A stretch of 32,000 nt of DNA from Candidatus Kuenenia stuttgartensis (GCF_900232105.1 NZ_LT934425.1:90001-122000); one strand, 5' to 3'; positions 18,412 through 29,715 are shown, numbered from the stretch's first letter. A program made the numbers and translations. The notes: generated from the sequence alone by a model not told the origin.

Positions 18412-18659
18412 AATTTCGTTTCTCTTATTCAAAATTAGCAATCCGTTATTGAAATATGTAATACTTCTTCATACATAAAGTGCCTTGTTGCTCCAATTAA
18501 TTCAATATGATTAGATAATTATATTGAATCAATCATCAATAGTTAAAAAACTCATATCAACCTTCAAAAGAAAACGCATACCATAAACACCGAATGGATA
18601 CAACATCCCTTCTATCAGGCCGAACCAGCAGAGCTGGAGTGAAAGTCAAAAGTAAAAAG

Positions 18660-19073
18660 TCATTCTTTCTCCCATGTACTAATCATCTTACTCAACATAG
18701 CCCGTATCTCCTGGCATGTTTGTTCCCGTTTCACAAATACCATTGAATCTATGAACCCAGATCTTTTTAGTTTTTCATACCAATCAATTGTTCCATTTGC
18801 AGACCCTCTTGAAATATATAAATAATGTACAAACTCTTACTCTTACTCTTACTCTTACTCTTACTCTTACTCTTACTCTTACTCTTACTCTTACTCTTTC
18901 CTTCTTCCATATCTCTCTGTAATATTAGCGGTAATTGAAAAAACACTTCGTATTATTTGATTTGCTATTATCTTGCCAACCTCTGTTTTTGGGAATTTTT
19001 CTATGTCCCTTATCACTTCATCAAATAAATTCATGCCCGTTTGCCATACTTTCAGTTCCCCGAAATCTTTCAT
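18660..19073 (-). pseudogene. Four-helix-bundle (S23/IVP-like) gene interrupted by a hexamer expansion, relic 2
   Basis: N-terminal part MKDFGELKVWQTGMNLFDEVIRDIEKFPKTEVGKIIANQIIRSVFSITANITERYGRRKE. After the (GAGTAA)n tract the reading resumes as FVHYLYISRGSANGTIDWYEKLKRSGFIDSMVFVKREQTCQEIRAMLSKMISTWEKE*. Confidence 0.8.
18834..18898. repeat. Hexanucleotide microsatellite (CTCTTA)n, about 10-11 copies
   Basis: Uninterrupted CTCTTA tandem units directly visible; edges given to within 1-2 nt. Confidence 0.97.
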
Positions 19074-19129
19074 GCTTTTTCGTTATTTCCTTTAAACTTG
19101 CAACATTCATCTTTCAACTCCGCCATTGG

Positions 19130-19914
19130 TGGCTTATCCCTTCTACATCAGGTCAATAATTCCCACGCACAAACAGAAACTAACCCTGATAATTTGCTTT
19201 TTAGTTCTGTCTCAATCCCTTCTACATCAGGTCAATGATTTCCACAAGAAATTTTATCTGCTTTTGACGCAGACTTTGTTTCTGTTTGTCTCAATCCCTT
19301 CTACATCAGGTCAATGATTTCCACGATGGTGTGCTATATGTTGTGTGGAATGTGTTTTTGCTGTCTCAATCCCTTCTACATCAGGTCAATGATTTCCACC
19401 CAATGCAATAACGGGGGAGACGTCTTTACCTTTGTCTCAATCCCTTCTACATCAGGTCAATGATTTCCACCAAAAAGAAGATTTTCCTGATGCAAAAGTA
19501 TGTATCGTCTCAATCCCTTCTACATCAGGTCAATGATTTCCACGTCAATAGCACTGGCGATGACTTTCCGTTCTCCAAGTCTCAATCCCTTCTACATCAG
19601 GTCAATGATTTCCACGTTCCTAATCCGGCGCCACACATGCCTTTTTCATACCACGTCTCAATCCCTTCTACATCAGGTCAATGATTTCCACCGGGAAAGC
19701 GACCATACCTACTGGTACGGCGATGAGCGTCTCAATCCCTTCTACATCAGGTCAATGATTTCCACCTGAAATTGATGACAGTGGGTTCTCCAATCCGTTT
19801 TCGTCTCAATCCCTTCTACATCAGGTCAATGATTTCCACCCAGATTCATATGAAGCGCCAGAATGTCTTGATGATAAGTCTCAATCCCTTCTACATCAGG
19901 TCAATGATTTCCAC
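19130..19914 (-). CRISPR. CRISPR array 2: 11 repeats (last one degenerate), 10 spacers
   Basis: Same 37-nt repeat starting at 19209, 19288, 19363, 19434, 19507, 19579, 19655, 19729, 19803, 19878, plus a degenerate leader-distal copy at 19130-19166 (TGGCTTATCCCTTCTACATCAGGTCAATAATTCCCAC). Spacers 34-42 nt. Confidence 0.99.
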
Positions 19915-20110
19915 GCCGGCATATGTAACTTTAGAATTAACAACTACTTGCAAGGCCATTTCCTGTAACCTCCACAATCTGTAATCATTACACATCGAGA
20001 TTTTTATCCTTTTTCTTAAAAAATTCTCTTAACCTGTTAAAACACAATTGATTATGATTTTCCTGTAACCACCCCCTTTTTTAACTATGTTTCTAAAATC
20101 CGTTAACTCT
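19915..20110 (-). promoter_or_regulatory. CRISPR leader of array 2
   Basis: Near-identical to the leader of array 1; lies opposite the degenerate terminal repeat, as expected for a leader. Confidence 0.85.
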
Positions 20111-20205
20111 TTAAAACATAGTCTGTTATGCACGGATTTAGGACTTTCTCTCTTTTTTCTGGCAACAAGGGAAAAACGCCTTATTCACCTCCTTATTTTG
20201 CTTTT

Positions 20206-21168
20206 TTACTTATTTGAAGACTTCATTATTTCATATCTCCCAAGACCGAATGACGTCCCTTTTCCGATATGGATAAATTCCCCTAATTTGAGAAAGGGTA
20301 TAAATTCGGAGTTATTACCTTCATAGGTAACAGTTCCCAAAACACCACCAAGGGACATCCACTGCTCCTGCCGCGTAGAATACCGATTCCAGTCATACCA
20401 GTGAAGATCAGAGTGTGTTTGCCTGATAGTGGATGCCTTTTCGATTAATCCTTTAAAATCAACTTCCAATCTTTCTTCACAATGGAAATATGATAAAGAC
20501 GAAATGCGCCTCAGAAGGTTTCGGACAAGGACGTGGAATTCAAGGATATCCGTAATGTGACCGTTAAAACGAAGCCGTACAGGGGTTTTCAGGGAAATAT
20601 GCAGGGTATCATTATCAGAACTGCCATTGTGGTGTTGTAACTGCCGGGAGTAAATGATGGGAAATTGGTTGGTAAGTATCTGGTCTTGACCGTTATAGAT
20701 AGGAACCGATTCATCGTTAATGCCGGTTCCCTCAACAAGGGTAAGGTCATATTTACCCCTGCCCTTACCGATACCCTGTCTCCCCAGTTCGGTAAAGGTA
20801 TAGATAAAATAAGGCAAATACTCTATGGCCTTGCCAATGAGGATAAGATTGAAGGGAAATGATTCTCCGGGGGTATAAAGAAGCTTTTCATCTGCAGGGG
20901 GTTCTATGACAAAAGGATGGGGCACTTTGGGGTAGAGACGAAGCATCCCGGCGTCTTCCGGGGGCGGAGTTTCAAAGATATATGCGTAAATGCATTTTTG
21001 TTTCAGCATGCAGTTATCGCATGGTTTTCCCTTTACCACACAGACGATTTTTTTAAAGGCATACCCAAATCCACCGCGAAATACCGCCCCCTTATATGCA
21101 GGAAAACGTATGTGGTCTTTCGCACACACGGTAAATCTGAATTTCGCCAAACGGAATGAGATGGGCAT
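20206..21168 (-). CDS. cas6: Cas6-family pre-crRNA processing endoribonuclease
   Basis: MPISFRLAKFRFTVCAKDHIRFPAYKGAVFRGGFGYAFKKIVC...CMLKQKCIYAYIFETP...ILIGKAIEYLPYFIYTFTELGRQGIGKGRGKYDL...GKGTSFGLGRYEI (Gly-rich RAMP C-terminus). Confidence 0.9.
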   Translation of the reverse strand: MPISFRLAKFRFTVCAKDHIRFPAYKGAVFRGGFGYAFKKIVCVVKGKPCDNCMLKQKCIYAYIFETPPPEDAGMLRLYPKVPHPFVIEPPADEKLLYTPGESFPFNLILIGKAIEYLPYFIYTFTELGRQGIGKGRGKYDLTLVEGTGINDESVPIYNGQDQILTNQFPIIYSRQLQHHNGSSDNDTLHISLKTPVRLRFNGHITDILEFHVLVRNLLRRISSLSYFHCEERLEVDFKGLIEKASTIRQTHSDLHWYDWNRYSTRQEQWMSLGGVLGTVTYEGNNSEFIPFLKLGEFIHIGKGTSFGLGRYEIMKSSNK

Positions 21169-21477
21169 TCAATATTTCCAAAACAGAAAAGATTTTTGAG
21201 AAATAAACACCACCCTACCGAAAACTCCCTCCCCGATGGCTCAACACTATAGTTTTAATATTGGGGAAAATCAATAAGAAAATGGAAGGGGAAATATACC
21301 GGATCTAAACGCGCCGGAAAAGAAATGAGTTCACCGCAAATCATAAAAAACGCAAAGGTCTTTAAAGCAATTCCGGAATAAAAGATTACTGTGTAAGAAT
21401 GGTGAAAGGCCTGAAGATTAGTGATAATTTAGTTTATTTAAACAAGGGGTTTATCCAATACACTCTTTTGCGTGAGA

Positions 21478-21554
21478 TGGTGGGCGATACTGGACTCGAA
21501 CCAGTGACCTCTTGCTTGTCGAGCAAGCGCTCTAGCCAACTGAGCTAAACGCCC
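21478..21554 (-). tRNA. tRNA, probable tRNA-Val(GAC), CCA encoded
   Basis: Reverse complement GGGCGTTTAGCTCAGTTGGCTAGAGCGCTTGCTCGACAAGCAAGAGGTCACTGGTTCGAGTCCAGTATCGCCCACCA folds as a cloverleaf. Stem CTTGC/GCAAG with loop TCGACAA gives anticodon GAC. Confidence 0.85.
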
Positions 21555-21857
21555 ATATAATGTTTCGGAGAAATTCTGTAACGGTTATTGATGTGGTCGG
21601 GTATGATCAACTACGGAATAATGTTATTAAAATTATTGTTTATTGTCAAGGCAATAAGTAGTTTATACGATTGTGATAATTTACCGCCTAAGTGGCCGGA
21701 AACGCTGAGAAACGAAGGGCAGAAGAAATTTTTATAATATATTTTCATTTTCCACAATCTCCAATTCCCTGTTATAATTTAACAAATGCTGTTTTTACTT
21801 AGCCACTCCCGCCTCCAATAGGCAGGCATCGTGTTTAACGTTTTTTTTAATCGTGTT

Positions 21858-22508
21858 ATGAAAGTACTTGGTATTGAAACATCCGGGAATATCGGGGGTA
21901 TTTCCCTTTGTGAGAATCAACAATGTATTATCACAAAAACATTCAGCGGTATCGTACAACATGAAAGGGAGCTCGTCCCTGCCATTAAGGATGCTTTAGA
22001 AGAGGCACACTGGCAGATCAACGATATTGAAGTTATCGCAGTGAATGTGGGACCTGGTTCCTATACGGGATTAAGGATTGGCGTTACTTGCGCAAAGACC
22101 CTCGGATACGCGCTGAACAGGCCGGTCGTTGATGTGCCAATATTTGATATCATCGCGGAAAATTACCACTCGGACGGTACGTTATCCCTCTGCCCGATAA
22201 TTGACGCCAGGCGTAAGCACGTATACGCATGTGTTTACCTATTTGAAGGAAACCGAAAAAAAAGGCTAACGGAATTTCTGGTAATTGAGCCGGAGAAGTT
22301 GTTAGCTCTTCTCCCAAGACCGGTAACTATTTTCGGAGATGGCATTCCGCTCTACAAGGAGATTTTTTCTCAGGAAGATATTATCATTGAAGCGGAATAC
22401 TATGCTATACCAAAACCGGAGCACGTTGCGTTGCTGGGAGAAAAATTGTATGTGTCAGGATATCAATGTGCACTTGAAAAACTCTTGCCTCTTTATTTAC
22501 AGAGGTAG
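21858..22508 (+). CDS. tsaB: tRNA threonylcarbamoyladenosine biosynthesis protein TsaB
   Basis: MKVLGIETSGNIGGISL...IAVNVGPGSYTGLRIGVTCAKTLGYALNRPVVDVP. ATG at 21858 is preferred over the upstream 21831 start. Confidence 0.92.
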   Translation: MKVLGIETSGNIGGISLCENQQCIITKTFSGIVQHERELVPAIKDALEEAHWQINDIEVIAVNVGPGSYTGLRIGVTCAKTLGYALNRPVVDVPIFDIIAENYHSDGTLSLCPIIDARRKHVYACVYLFEGNRKKRLTEFLVIEPEKLLALLPRPVTIFGDGIPLYKEIFSQEDIIIEAEYYAIPKPEHVALLGEKLYVSGYQCALEKLLPLYLQR

Positions 22509-22565
22509 GAATTTATAATTTTATCGACTCTATCATGAACAAGAACTATTCATTTATTTCGTCCG

Positions 22566-23018
22566 TTATCGATATCTTATCAATTTACAGTACGCATGCC
22601 TCAAACCTAAAGGCGCTACATCCCGTAATTTTAAAATAATCCTTGTCCTTTCGATGGACATGTTTTTGACGGCTAATTGGAAGACATGTCTCGATCTGTC
22701 ATAGGTGAATAAGACCATGCCGATGAAATATAATTTAAAGAGAATAACAAGAATTACCGGGGAAGTAAAAAGCAAGACCTTCAGCCTGGAAGTCTCTTCA
22801 ACAAATGCCTGAAATGCCGGCATCAAAAACAATATCGTTATTGAACACGTCGCTAAAAGAATAAGAAACACCTTTACGGACATATAAACCAGTGCGCATT
22901 TTTTAAAGCAATTATCCCCTGTTCCGTCAAAATCCTGTATTGCTGAAAAGAATTCCCCTTTTTTCTCCCGTATATTTTCTAAAAACCCAGCTATTGTATT
23001 ATTTTTTATTTGTTCCAT
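22566..23018 (-). CDS. Hypothetical membrane protein, two predicted TM helices
   Basis: Open frame of 150 aa with hydrophobic segments VYMSVKVFLILLATCSITILFLMPAF and VLLFTSPVILVILFKLYFIGMVLF. No family recognised. Confidence 0.5.
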   Translation of the reverse strand: MEQIKNNTIAGFLENIREKKGEFFSAIQDFDGTGDNCFKKCALVYMSVKVFLILLATCSITILFLMPAFQAFVEETSRLKVLLFTSPVILVILFKLYFIGMVLFTYDRSRHVFQLAVKNMSIERTRIILKLRDVAPLGLRHAYCKLIRYR

Positions 23019-23041
23019 TAAATCATCCCGAAGCTTTTATG

Positions 23042-24064
23042 TTAATTTTTCCCTGCAAATCTGTGGTTATATTGTATTTCATAGTATTTCATAAATTCAC
23101 CATTCTTTATTTGCTTCCACCATTGCTCATTTTCTTCGTACCATTTTATTGTGTCTCTCAGACCTTCCTCAAAATCTATCTGTGGTTTCCATCCTAAAGA
23201 CTTCAGTTTCGTACAATCCAGAGCATAGCGCCGGTCATGTCCCTCCCTGTCTTTTACGCTCTCTATCATACCTTTATCTTTAGCAAGTACGCTTAATATA
23301 AATAACGCCGTATCTATATTTTGTTTTTCATTTCCACCGCCAATATTATAGACTTCGCCCTCTTTCCCATTTTCAATGATAAAATCGATAGCAGCGCAAT
23401 GGTCTTCCACATGAATCCAGTCCCTTTCCTGCCTTCCATCGCCATACAACGGAAGTTTTAACCCTTCAATTGCATTGGTAATAAAAAGCGGAATAAACTT
23501 TTCCGGATGTTGATAAGGTCCGTAATTATTGGACGCCCTGGTTATGATAATTGGCAGTTTGTAGGTATTCCAGTAAGCAAATGCAAGGCGATCCCCCCCC
23601 GCCTTGCTGGCTGCATATGGATTGCTTGGGTTTAACGAATCGGTTTCTTTAAAAGCATCATGGAAAGCGGTGCCATACACTTCATCCGTTGATATTTGAA
23701 TGAACTTCTTAATGGTGTATCTGCGTGAAGCTTCCAGCAGTACGAATACCCCTTTTATATCAGTATCTATAAACGTACCAGCGCTGAGTATACTACGGTC
23801 AACATGTGTTTCCGCTGCGAAATTGACAATTACATCAATCTTTTCGGTGGACATTACATGGTCAACTAATTCCTGATTACAAATGTCGCCCTTATAGAAT
23901 TTAAAATAACCGGATAGTTCCCTGTCTTCGCGAATATCTCTTAGATTTTCCAGATTGCCCGCGTAAGTCAATTTATCAAGCACTACGACATGGCTATGCT
24001 TAACCATACGGCGGACAAAGTGACTCCCGATAAATCCAGCGCCACCCGTTATCAGTATTGCCAT
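23042..24064 (-). CDS. rfbB: dTDP-glucose 4,6-dehydratase
   Basis: MAILITGGAGFIGSHFVRRM...NFAAETHVDRSI...ISTDEVYGT...NPYAASKAGGDRLAFAY...ITRASNNYGPYQHPEKFIPLFITNA...GDGRQERDWIHVEDH. Confidence 0.96.
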   Translation of the reverse strand: MAILITGGAGFIGSHFVRRMVKHSHVVVLDKLTYAGNLENLRDIREDRELSGYFKFYKGDICNQELVDHVMSTEKIDVIVNFAAETHVDRSILSAGTFIDTDIKGVFVLLEASRRYTIKKFIQISTDEVYGTAFHDAFKETDSLNPSNPYAASKAGGDRLAFAYWNTYKLPIIITRASNNYGPYQHPEKFIPLFITNAIEGLKLPLYGDGRQERDWIHVEDHCAAIDFIIENGKEGEVYNIGGGNEKQNIDTALFILSVLAKDKGMIESVKDREGHDRRYALDCTKLKSLGWKPQIDFEEGLRDTIKWYEENEQWWKQIKNGEFMKYYEIQYNHRFAGKN

Positions 24065-24195
24065 AATTTGCTCCAGAAAATCAGCCCCGGTCTAAAACCA
24101 CACCTGGGAATCTTTACCCTGCTTTTATTTGTTTGCAGAACTCAGCCATGTTTCCACAAAGAGACGCATACAATGCGTCTCTACATGGATTTCTC

Positions 24196-24600
24196 TTATT
24201 TATTCGCAAGACTCAACCATGTTTCCGCACGTTTCAGCGTTGCCATAACGTGTTCTTTTTGTCCACGGGCTTCTTCTTTGCTCAATGCCTCCTCCGCAGA
24301 TCTTTTCTCTTCCCGAACTTTCACAATGTCTATTTCTTCTTTTGTAACACACGAATCAGCCAGTACGATTGCTTTATTCGCAACCATTTCAAAAAAACCC
24401 CCATCAACCGCAAAGCTTACCGTGGAGTCTTTTTCGTCCTTTATCGTCAGGATACTCGTCTGTAATTCAGTAATAAATGGTGCATGGTCAATCAATATTC
24501 CAAATGAACCTTGTGTTCCCATAGCGGTTATATTCTTTACCAAACCTTTAAATACTGTTTTCATCGGAGTTATAATCTCTAAATCAAACGTTTTTGTCAT
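24196..24600 (-). CDS. atpC: F-type ATP synthase epsilon subunit
   Basis: FDLEIITPMKTVFKGLVKNITAMGTQGSFGILIDHAPFITEL...FAVDGGFFEMVANKAIVLAD; operon position. Confidence 0.93.
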   Translation of the reverse strand: MTKTFDLEIITPMKTVFKGLVKNITAMGTQGSFGILIDHAPFITELQTSILTIKDEKDSTVSFAVDGGFFEMVANKAIVLADSCVTKEEIDIVKVREEKRSAEEALSKEEARGQKEHVMATLKRAETWLSLANK

Positions 24601-24602
24601 GC

Positions 24603-26018
<1,416 letters not shown>

Positions 26019-26155
26019 TTATATATCCACTCCTTCCATTATTTCCTCTGTCGAAAACAGATAGTTCGGTAAAAGTATGTCTCTCTATCCAATAACTATC
26101 AGCGAATACCTGAAAGCCGCTTAAATAAAATGATATCCTGCCTGATGACTATATA

Positions 26156-27028
26156 TCATGCCAAGGCTTCAGCACCTGAAACTATCTCGAGCAATTCTTT
26201 GGTAATTGCCTCCTGCCTTGCTTTATTATAGATGCTCGTCAAGTTATCTATCATATCCCCTGCATTTTCGGTAGCGGCAATCATTGCAACTCTCCTGGCG
26301 GCAAATTCAGATGTCAGCGATTCTAAAATGCACTGATAAATCTGCGTCTCGATATATTTAGGGAATATATTATTGAGAATATCTTCGACGGAAGGCTCTA
26401 CAATATACTCCCTTTTTTCTCTTCCTTCCCCGCCAAATCCTTCCTTTTCAATAGGAAACAAGCGGATGCTTGCAGGAAACGACTGCATTACGGTGTGAAA
26501 TTTGGTAAAAAATACATGCAACTCTCCATACTCCAGATTATTATAGTCCCGGATTAATTTTGCAGCAAAGGATTTAACCCAATCCAAACCCAGTTTTTCC
26601 ACACTTTCAGGGATAGACTCTTCGATAGAATAGACGTCTCTTCTTTTCGAAAAATACAGATTCGCCTTTTTCCCTATAAGGATTAATTTTACTTGCCGAT
26701 TGTTTTCCTTAATAAATCTCACTGTTTTTTGAATAATATTATTATTATATGCACCACATAGTCCCTTATCCGCAGTGATCAGCATAACTTTTACCGGAGA
26801 ATTTACGCTTTCTTTTTTAGCAAACCAGCGGTAAGCACTTTCCTGCGGCAAAGAAGAAATTAAATCACTTACCATCTGATGAAGTTTTTCTGCAAAAGTT
26901 CTCGATGCGTGCACCCTGCTTTCCACTTTTTTCAAACGGCTGGCGGCTACCATTTCCATAGCCCGTGTAATCTGTTTTATGCTTGAAATGCCTCTGATTC
27001 TCTCTTTAATTTCACGCGTACTCTGCAT
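26156..27028 (-). CDS. atpG: F-type ATP synthase gamma subunit
   Basis: REIKERIRGISSIKQITRAMEMVAASRLKK...TADKGLCGAYNNNI...EFAARRVAMIAATENAGDMIDNLTSIYNKARQEAITKELLEIVSGAEAL. Confidence 0.98.
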   Translation of the reverse strand: MQSTREIKERIRGISSIKQITRAMEMVAASRLKKVESRVHASRTFAEKLHQMVSDLISSLPQESAYRWFAKKESVNSPVKVMLITADKGLCGAYNNNIIQKTVRFIKENNRQVKLILIGKKANLYFSKRRDVYSIEESIPESVEKLGLDWVKSFAAKLIRDYNNLEYGELHVFFTKFHTVMQSFPASIRLFPIEKEGFGGEGREKREYIVEPSVEDILNNIFPKYIETQIYQCILESLTSEFAARRVAMIAATENAGDMIDNLTSIYNKARQEAITKELLEIVSGAEALA

Positions 27029-27031
27029 CCG

Positions 27032-28546
27032 CTAACCCTTCTTGTCAAAAATTTGCTTAAATTCCCTGATAGCGTTTTCCAGCTTCGACGATAATTCCTG
27101 GTCGATTTTTTTCTTCTCGTTAATTTCCAAACTTATCGAGGCGTGTTTTTGCTTCATGAAAGCAAGAAATTCTTTCTCGAATTTTTTTATTTTGTCAACC
27201 GGAATATCATCCAAAAAACCGTTTATTCCGGCAAAAATAGCCATAACCTGATCTTCCACCAAAGCGGGTTCATACTGCGGCTGTTTCAGGATTTCTACCA
27301 GTCGTTCACCTTTTGCGATCTGGGCCTGGGTAAATTTATCCAATTCCGAACCAAACTGCGCAAACGAAGCCATTTCCCTGTATTGCGCCAACGTAAGCCG
27401 CAACATGCCTGCAACCTTTTTCATTGCCGGTATCTGTGCGTTTCCTCCCACCCTGGATACAGACAACCCTACAGAAATCGCTGGCCTTACGCCGGCATTA
27501 AACAAATCGCTTTCAAGATAAATCTGTCCATCTGTAATGGAAATAACATTTGTCGGAATATAAGCAGAATAATCACCGCCTTGTGTTTCTACCACTGGCA
27601 AGGCTGTAAGAGAACCAGCACCAAGCTCATCGTTCAATTTCGCCGCTCTTTCAAGCAAACGTGAATGCAAATTAAAAATGTCTCCCGGAAATGCTTCCCG
27701 CCCCGGTGGACGTCTTAAAAGGAGAGAAATCTGTCGGTATGCAATCGCGTGCTTGTATAAATCATCATACATAACAACCGCATGCATGCCGTTATCCCTG
27801 AAATATTCTCCCATAGCACAACCTGCATAGGGCGCTATATATTGCAATGGAGCAGGATCTCCGGCAGATGCAACGACAACAATGCTGTTGTCCATCACAT
27901 TATTTTCTTCCAATGTCTTCACTACACTCGCAACCGTCGACATCTTTTGCCCGATTGCCACATAGATACAGTACACCCCTGATGTTCTTTGGTTGATAAT
28001 AGTATCCACCAAAATCGCCGTTTTCCCGGTCTGCCGGTCGCCGATAATCAGTTCGCGCTGTCCTCTTCCTATGGGAATCATTGCATCAATCGCCTTTATA
28101 CCTGTCTGTAAAGGTTCTTTTACAGGCTGTCTTTCCACTACGTTCGGAGAATTTCCCTCAATGGGCCTGAATTCGTCGGTAGCGATCGGACCCTTTCCAT
28201 CAATCGGCAGGCCCAGCGCATTTACTACACGCCCCAACATCGCCTTGCCCACCGGCACCTGAACAATTTTTCCCGTAGTTTTTACAATATCGCCTTCCTT
28301 TATTTTATCCTCGGAACCAAGCAAAATTGCGCCCACATTATCCTCTTCCAGATTCATGGCAATGCCATATACATTATCCGGAAACTCCAATAATTCGTTT
28401 GACATACATTCATCAAGACCGTAAATACGGGCAACGCCATCACCGACCTGCATCACATAGCCGACATTTTCTAACTTTAACTTTTCTTCGTAGCTCTCAA
28501 TTTCTCTTTTTATGATTGAAGCAATATCCCCTAACGCCATATACAT
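27032..28546 (-). CDS. atpA: F-type ATP synthase alpha subunit
   Basis: [27 protein letters not shown]...[44 protein letters not shown]...[12 protein letters not shown]. Confidence 0.99.
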   Translation of the reverse strand: MYMALGDIASIIKREIESYEEKLKLENVGYVMQVGDGVARIYGLDECMSNELLEFPDNVYGIAMNLEEDNVGAILLGSEDKIKEGDIVKTTGKIVQVPVGKAMLGRVVNALGLPIDGKGPIATDEFRPIEGNSPNVVERQPVKEPLQTGIKAIDAMIPIGRGQRELIIGDRQTGKTAILVDTIINQRTSGVYCIYVAIGQKMSTVASVVKTLEENNVMDNSIVVVASAGDPAPLQYIAPYAGCAMGEYFRDNGMHAVVMYDDLYKHAIAYRQISLLLRRPPGREAFPGDIFNLHSRLLERAAKLNDELGAGSLTALPVVETQGGDYSAYIPTNVISITDGQIYLESDLFNAGVRPAISVGLSVSRVGGNAQIPAMKKVAGMLRLTLAQYREMASFAQFGSELDKFTQAQIAKGERLVEILKQPQYEPALVEDQVMAIFAGINGFLDDIPVDKIKKFEKEFLAFMKQKHASISLEINEKKKIDQELSSKLENAIREFKQIFDKKG

Positions 28547-28667
28547 CTACTCCTGTATAAACCATTAAAATCATGTGGCAAGTTTACACCTGACACGAAA
28601 CAAACCTGGCCAAGCATATAATACCGTACTGACTTTCCAACTTTAAGAAACCACCAAGCGGCCATGA

Positions 28668-29216
28668 TTAATTTGCCCTGATTTCCATAAGTTTCGACCT
28701 TAAATTTCTCAATCGGCTAGCAACGCTGCCGTCAATCATTTTATTTTCAATCTCAACTACAAGTCCACCCAGTATTTGAGGATTCTCAACAACTTCGATC
28801 TCCACAATTTTCCCGGTGAGTTTTTTTATGCCTGCCCTGAGATTTTCCAGTCTCTCGCCAACTATAGGTATTGCAGCCTGTATTTTTGCCCTGACCACTC
28901 CTTTTTTCTTATCAACAACCTTTCGGTACACATCAGGGATTACGTCCAAAAGCGCCTCTCTTCTGCGATCTACCAATAAATACAAAAAATCAATCATCAG
29001 TCCGGAAACGTATTCGCCAAACACCGCTTTGATAGTATCTTTTTTTTCCTTATGTGTTATGGAAGGGTGCAGGAGCATCTTCTTAAAATCTGCATGCCTT
29101 GTCATTGTATCAGAAAGCAGATCGAGATCCTTTTCAATCTGTCCTAGCAAATCCCTATCGGCCGCCACTTCAAGGAGCGCATTCACAAAGGTAACCGCAA
29201 CGCTCTTATCTAACAC
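28668..29216 (-). CDS. atpH: F-type ATP synthase delta subunit
   Basis: LLLHPSI/THKEKKDTIKAVF...FLYLLVDRRREALL...VENPQILGGLVVEIENKMIDGSVASRLRNLRSKL, allowing for family variation. Confidence 0.93.
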   Translation of the reverse strand: MLDKSVAVTFVNALLEVAADRDLLGQIEKDLDLLSDTMTRHADFKKMLLHPSITHKEKKDTIKAVFGEYVSGLMIDFLYLLVDRRREALLDVIPDVYRKVVDKKKGVVRAKIQAAIPIVGERLENLRAGIKKLTGKIVEIEVVENPQILGGLVVEIENKMIDGSVASRLRNLRSKLMEIRAN

Positions 29217-29715
29217 TCAGCCCCTCCATATCTTTAATCACATCATCAACCAACGTTTCCGCAGTCTGCTGATTGATGGACTGTTGAATTATACGAGAAG
29301 AAGCCAGCATAGAAAGGGAAACCACCTGGTTCCTGATTTCGGTAAGGGCCTTTTTCCTTTCCTGTTCAATGCCTTCCTGCGCCTTCAAACGAATCAGTTC
29401 CGCTTCATCCTGCGCACGGCTTACAATCCCTTCGCCAAGTTTCCCCCCTTCATCGATCGCTTCCTGAATCTTCATTGCCGCAGCAGTTTCGACTTCAGCG
29501 AGTTTCACCTGATAGTCGATTTTCATCTTTTCGACAGCGGACTTATCCCCTTCTATCTTTGCGTAACTGCTTTTTATCCCTTCGCTTCTCTCCTTCATGA
29601 GAGCCGATATTTTACCAAAAAGAAACTTTTTGAGAACAAAAAGCAGTATTAAAAACCCAACGCCCTGGACTATAACAGACTTAAAATTTATTCCAAGGGT
29701 ATTTAAAATGTCCAA
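29206..29715 (-). CDS. atpF: F-type ATP synthase b subunit
   Basis: N-terminal TM segment then long charged helix (ISALMKERSEGIKSSYAKIEGDKSAVEKMKIDYQVKLAEVETAAAMKIQEAIDEG); operon position; overlaps atpH by 11 nt. Confidence 0.92.
   Translation of the reverse strand: MDILNTLGINFKSVIVQGVGFLILLFVLKKFLFGKISALMKERSEGIKSSYAKIEGDKSAVEKMKIDYQVKLAEVETAAAMKIQEAIDEGGKLGEGIVSRAQDEAELIRLKAQEGIEQERKKALTEIRNQVVSLSMLASSRIIQQSINQQTAETLVDDVIKDMEGLSVR

Noticed and set aside
13893-18441. Natural two-gene Cas10 (separate HD and palm subunits)
   Set aside because: The break follows the palm GGDD, not the HD domain, and coincides exactly with IS ends and a CTAG duplication.
19041-19984. Several + strand ORFs with LNPFYIRSMIST / SLLHQVNDF repeats
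   Set aside because: Artefacts of reading array 2 repeats; the units match the 37-nt CRISPR repeat exactly.
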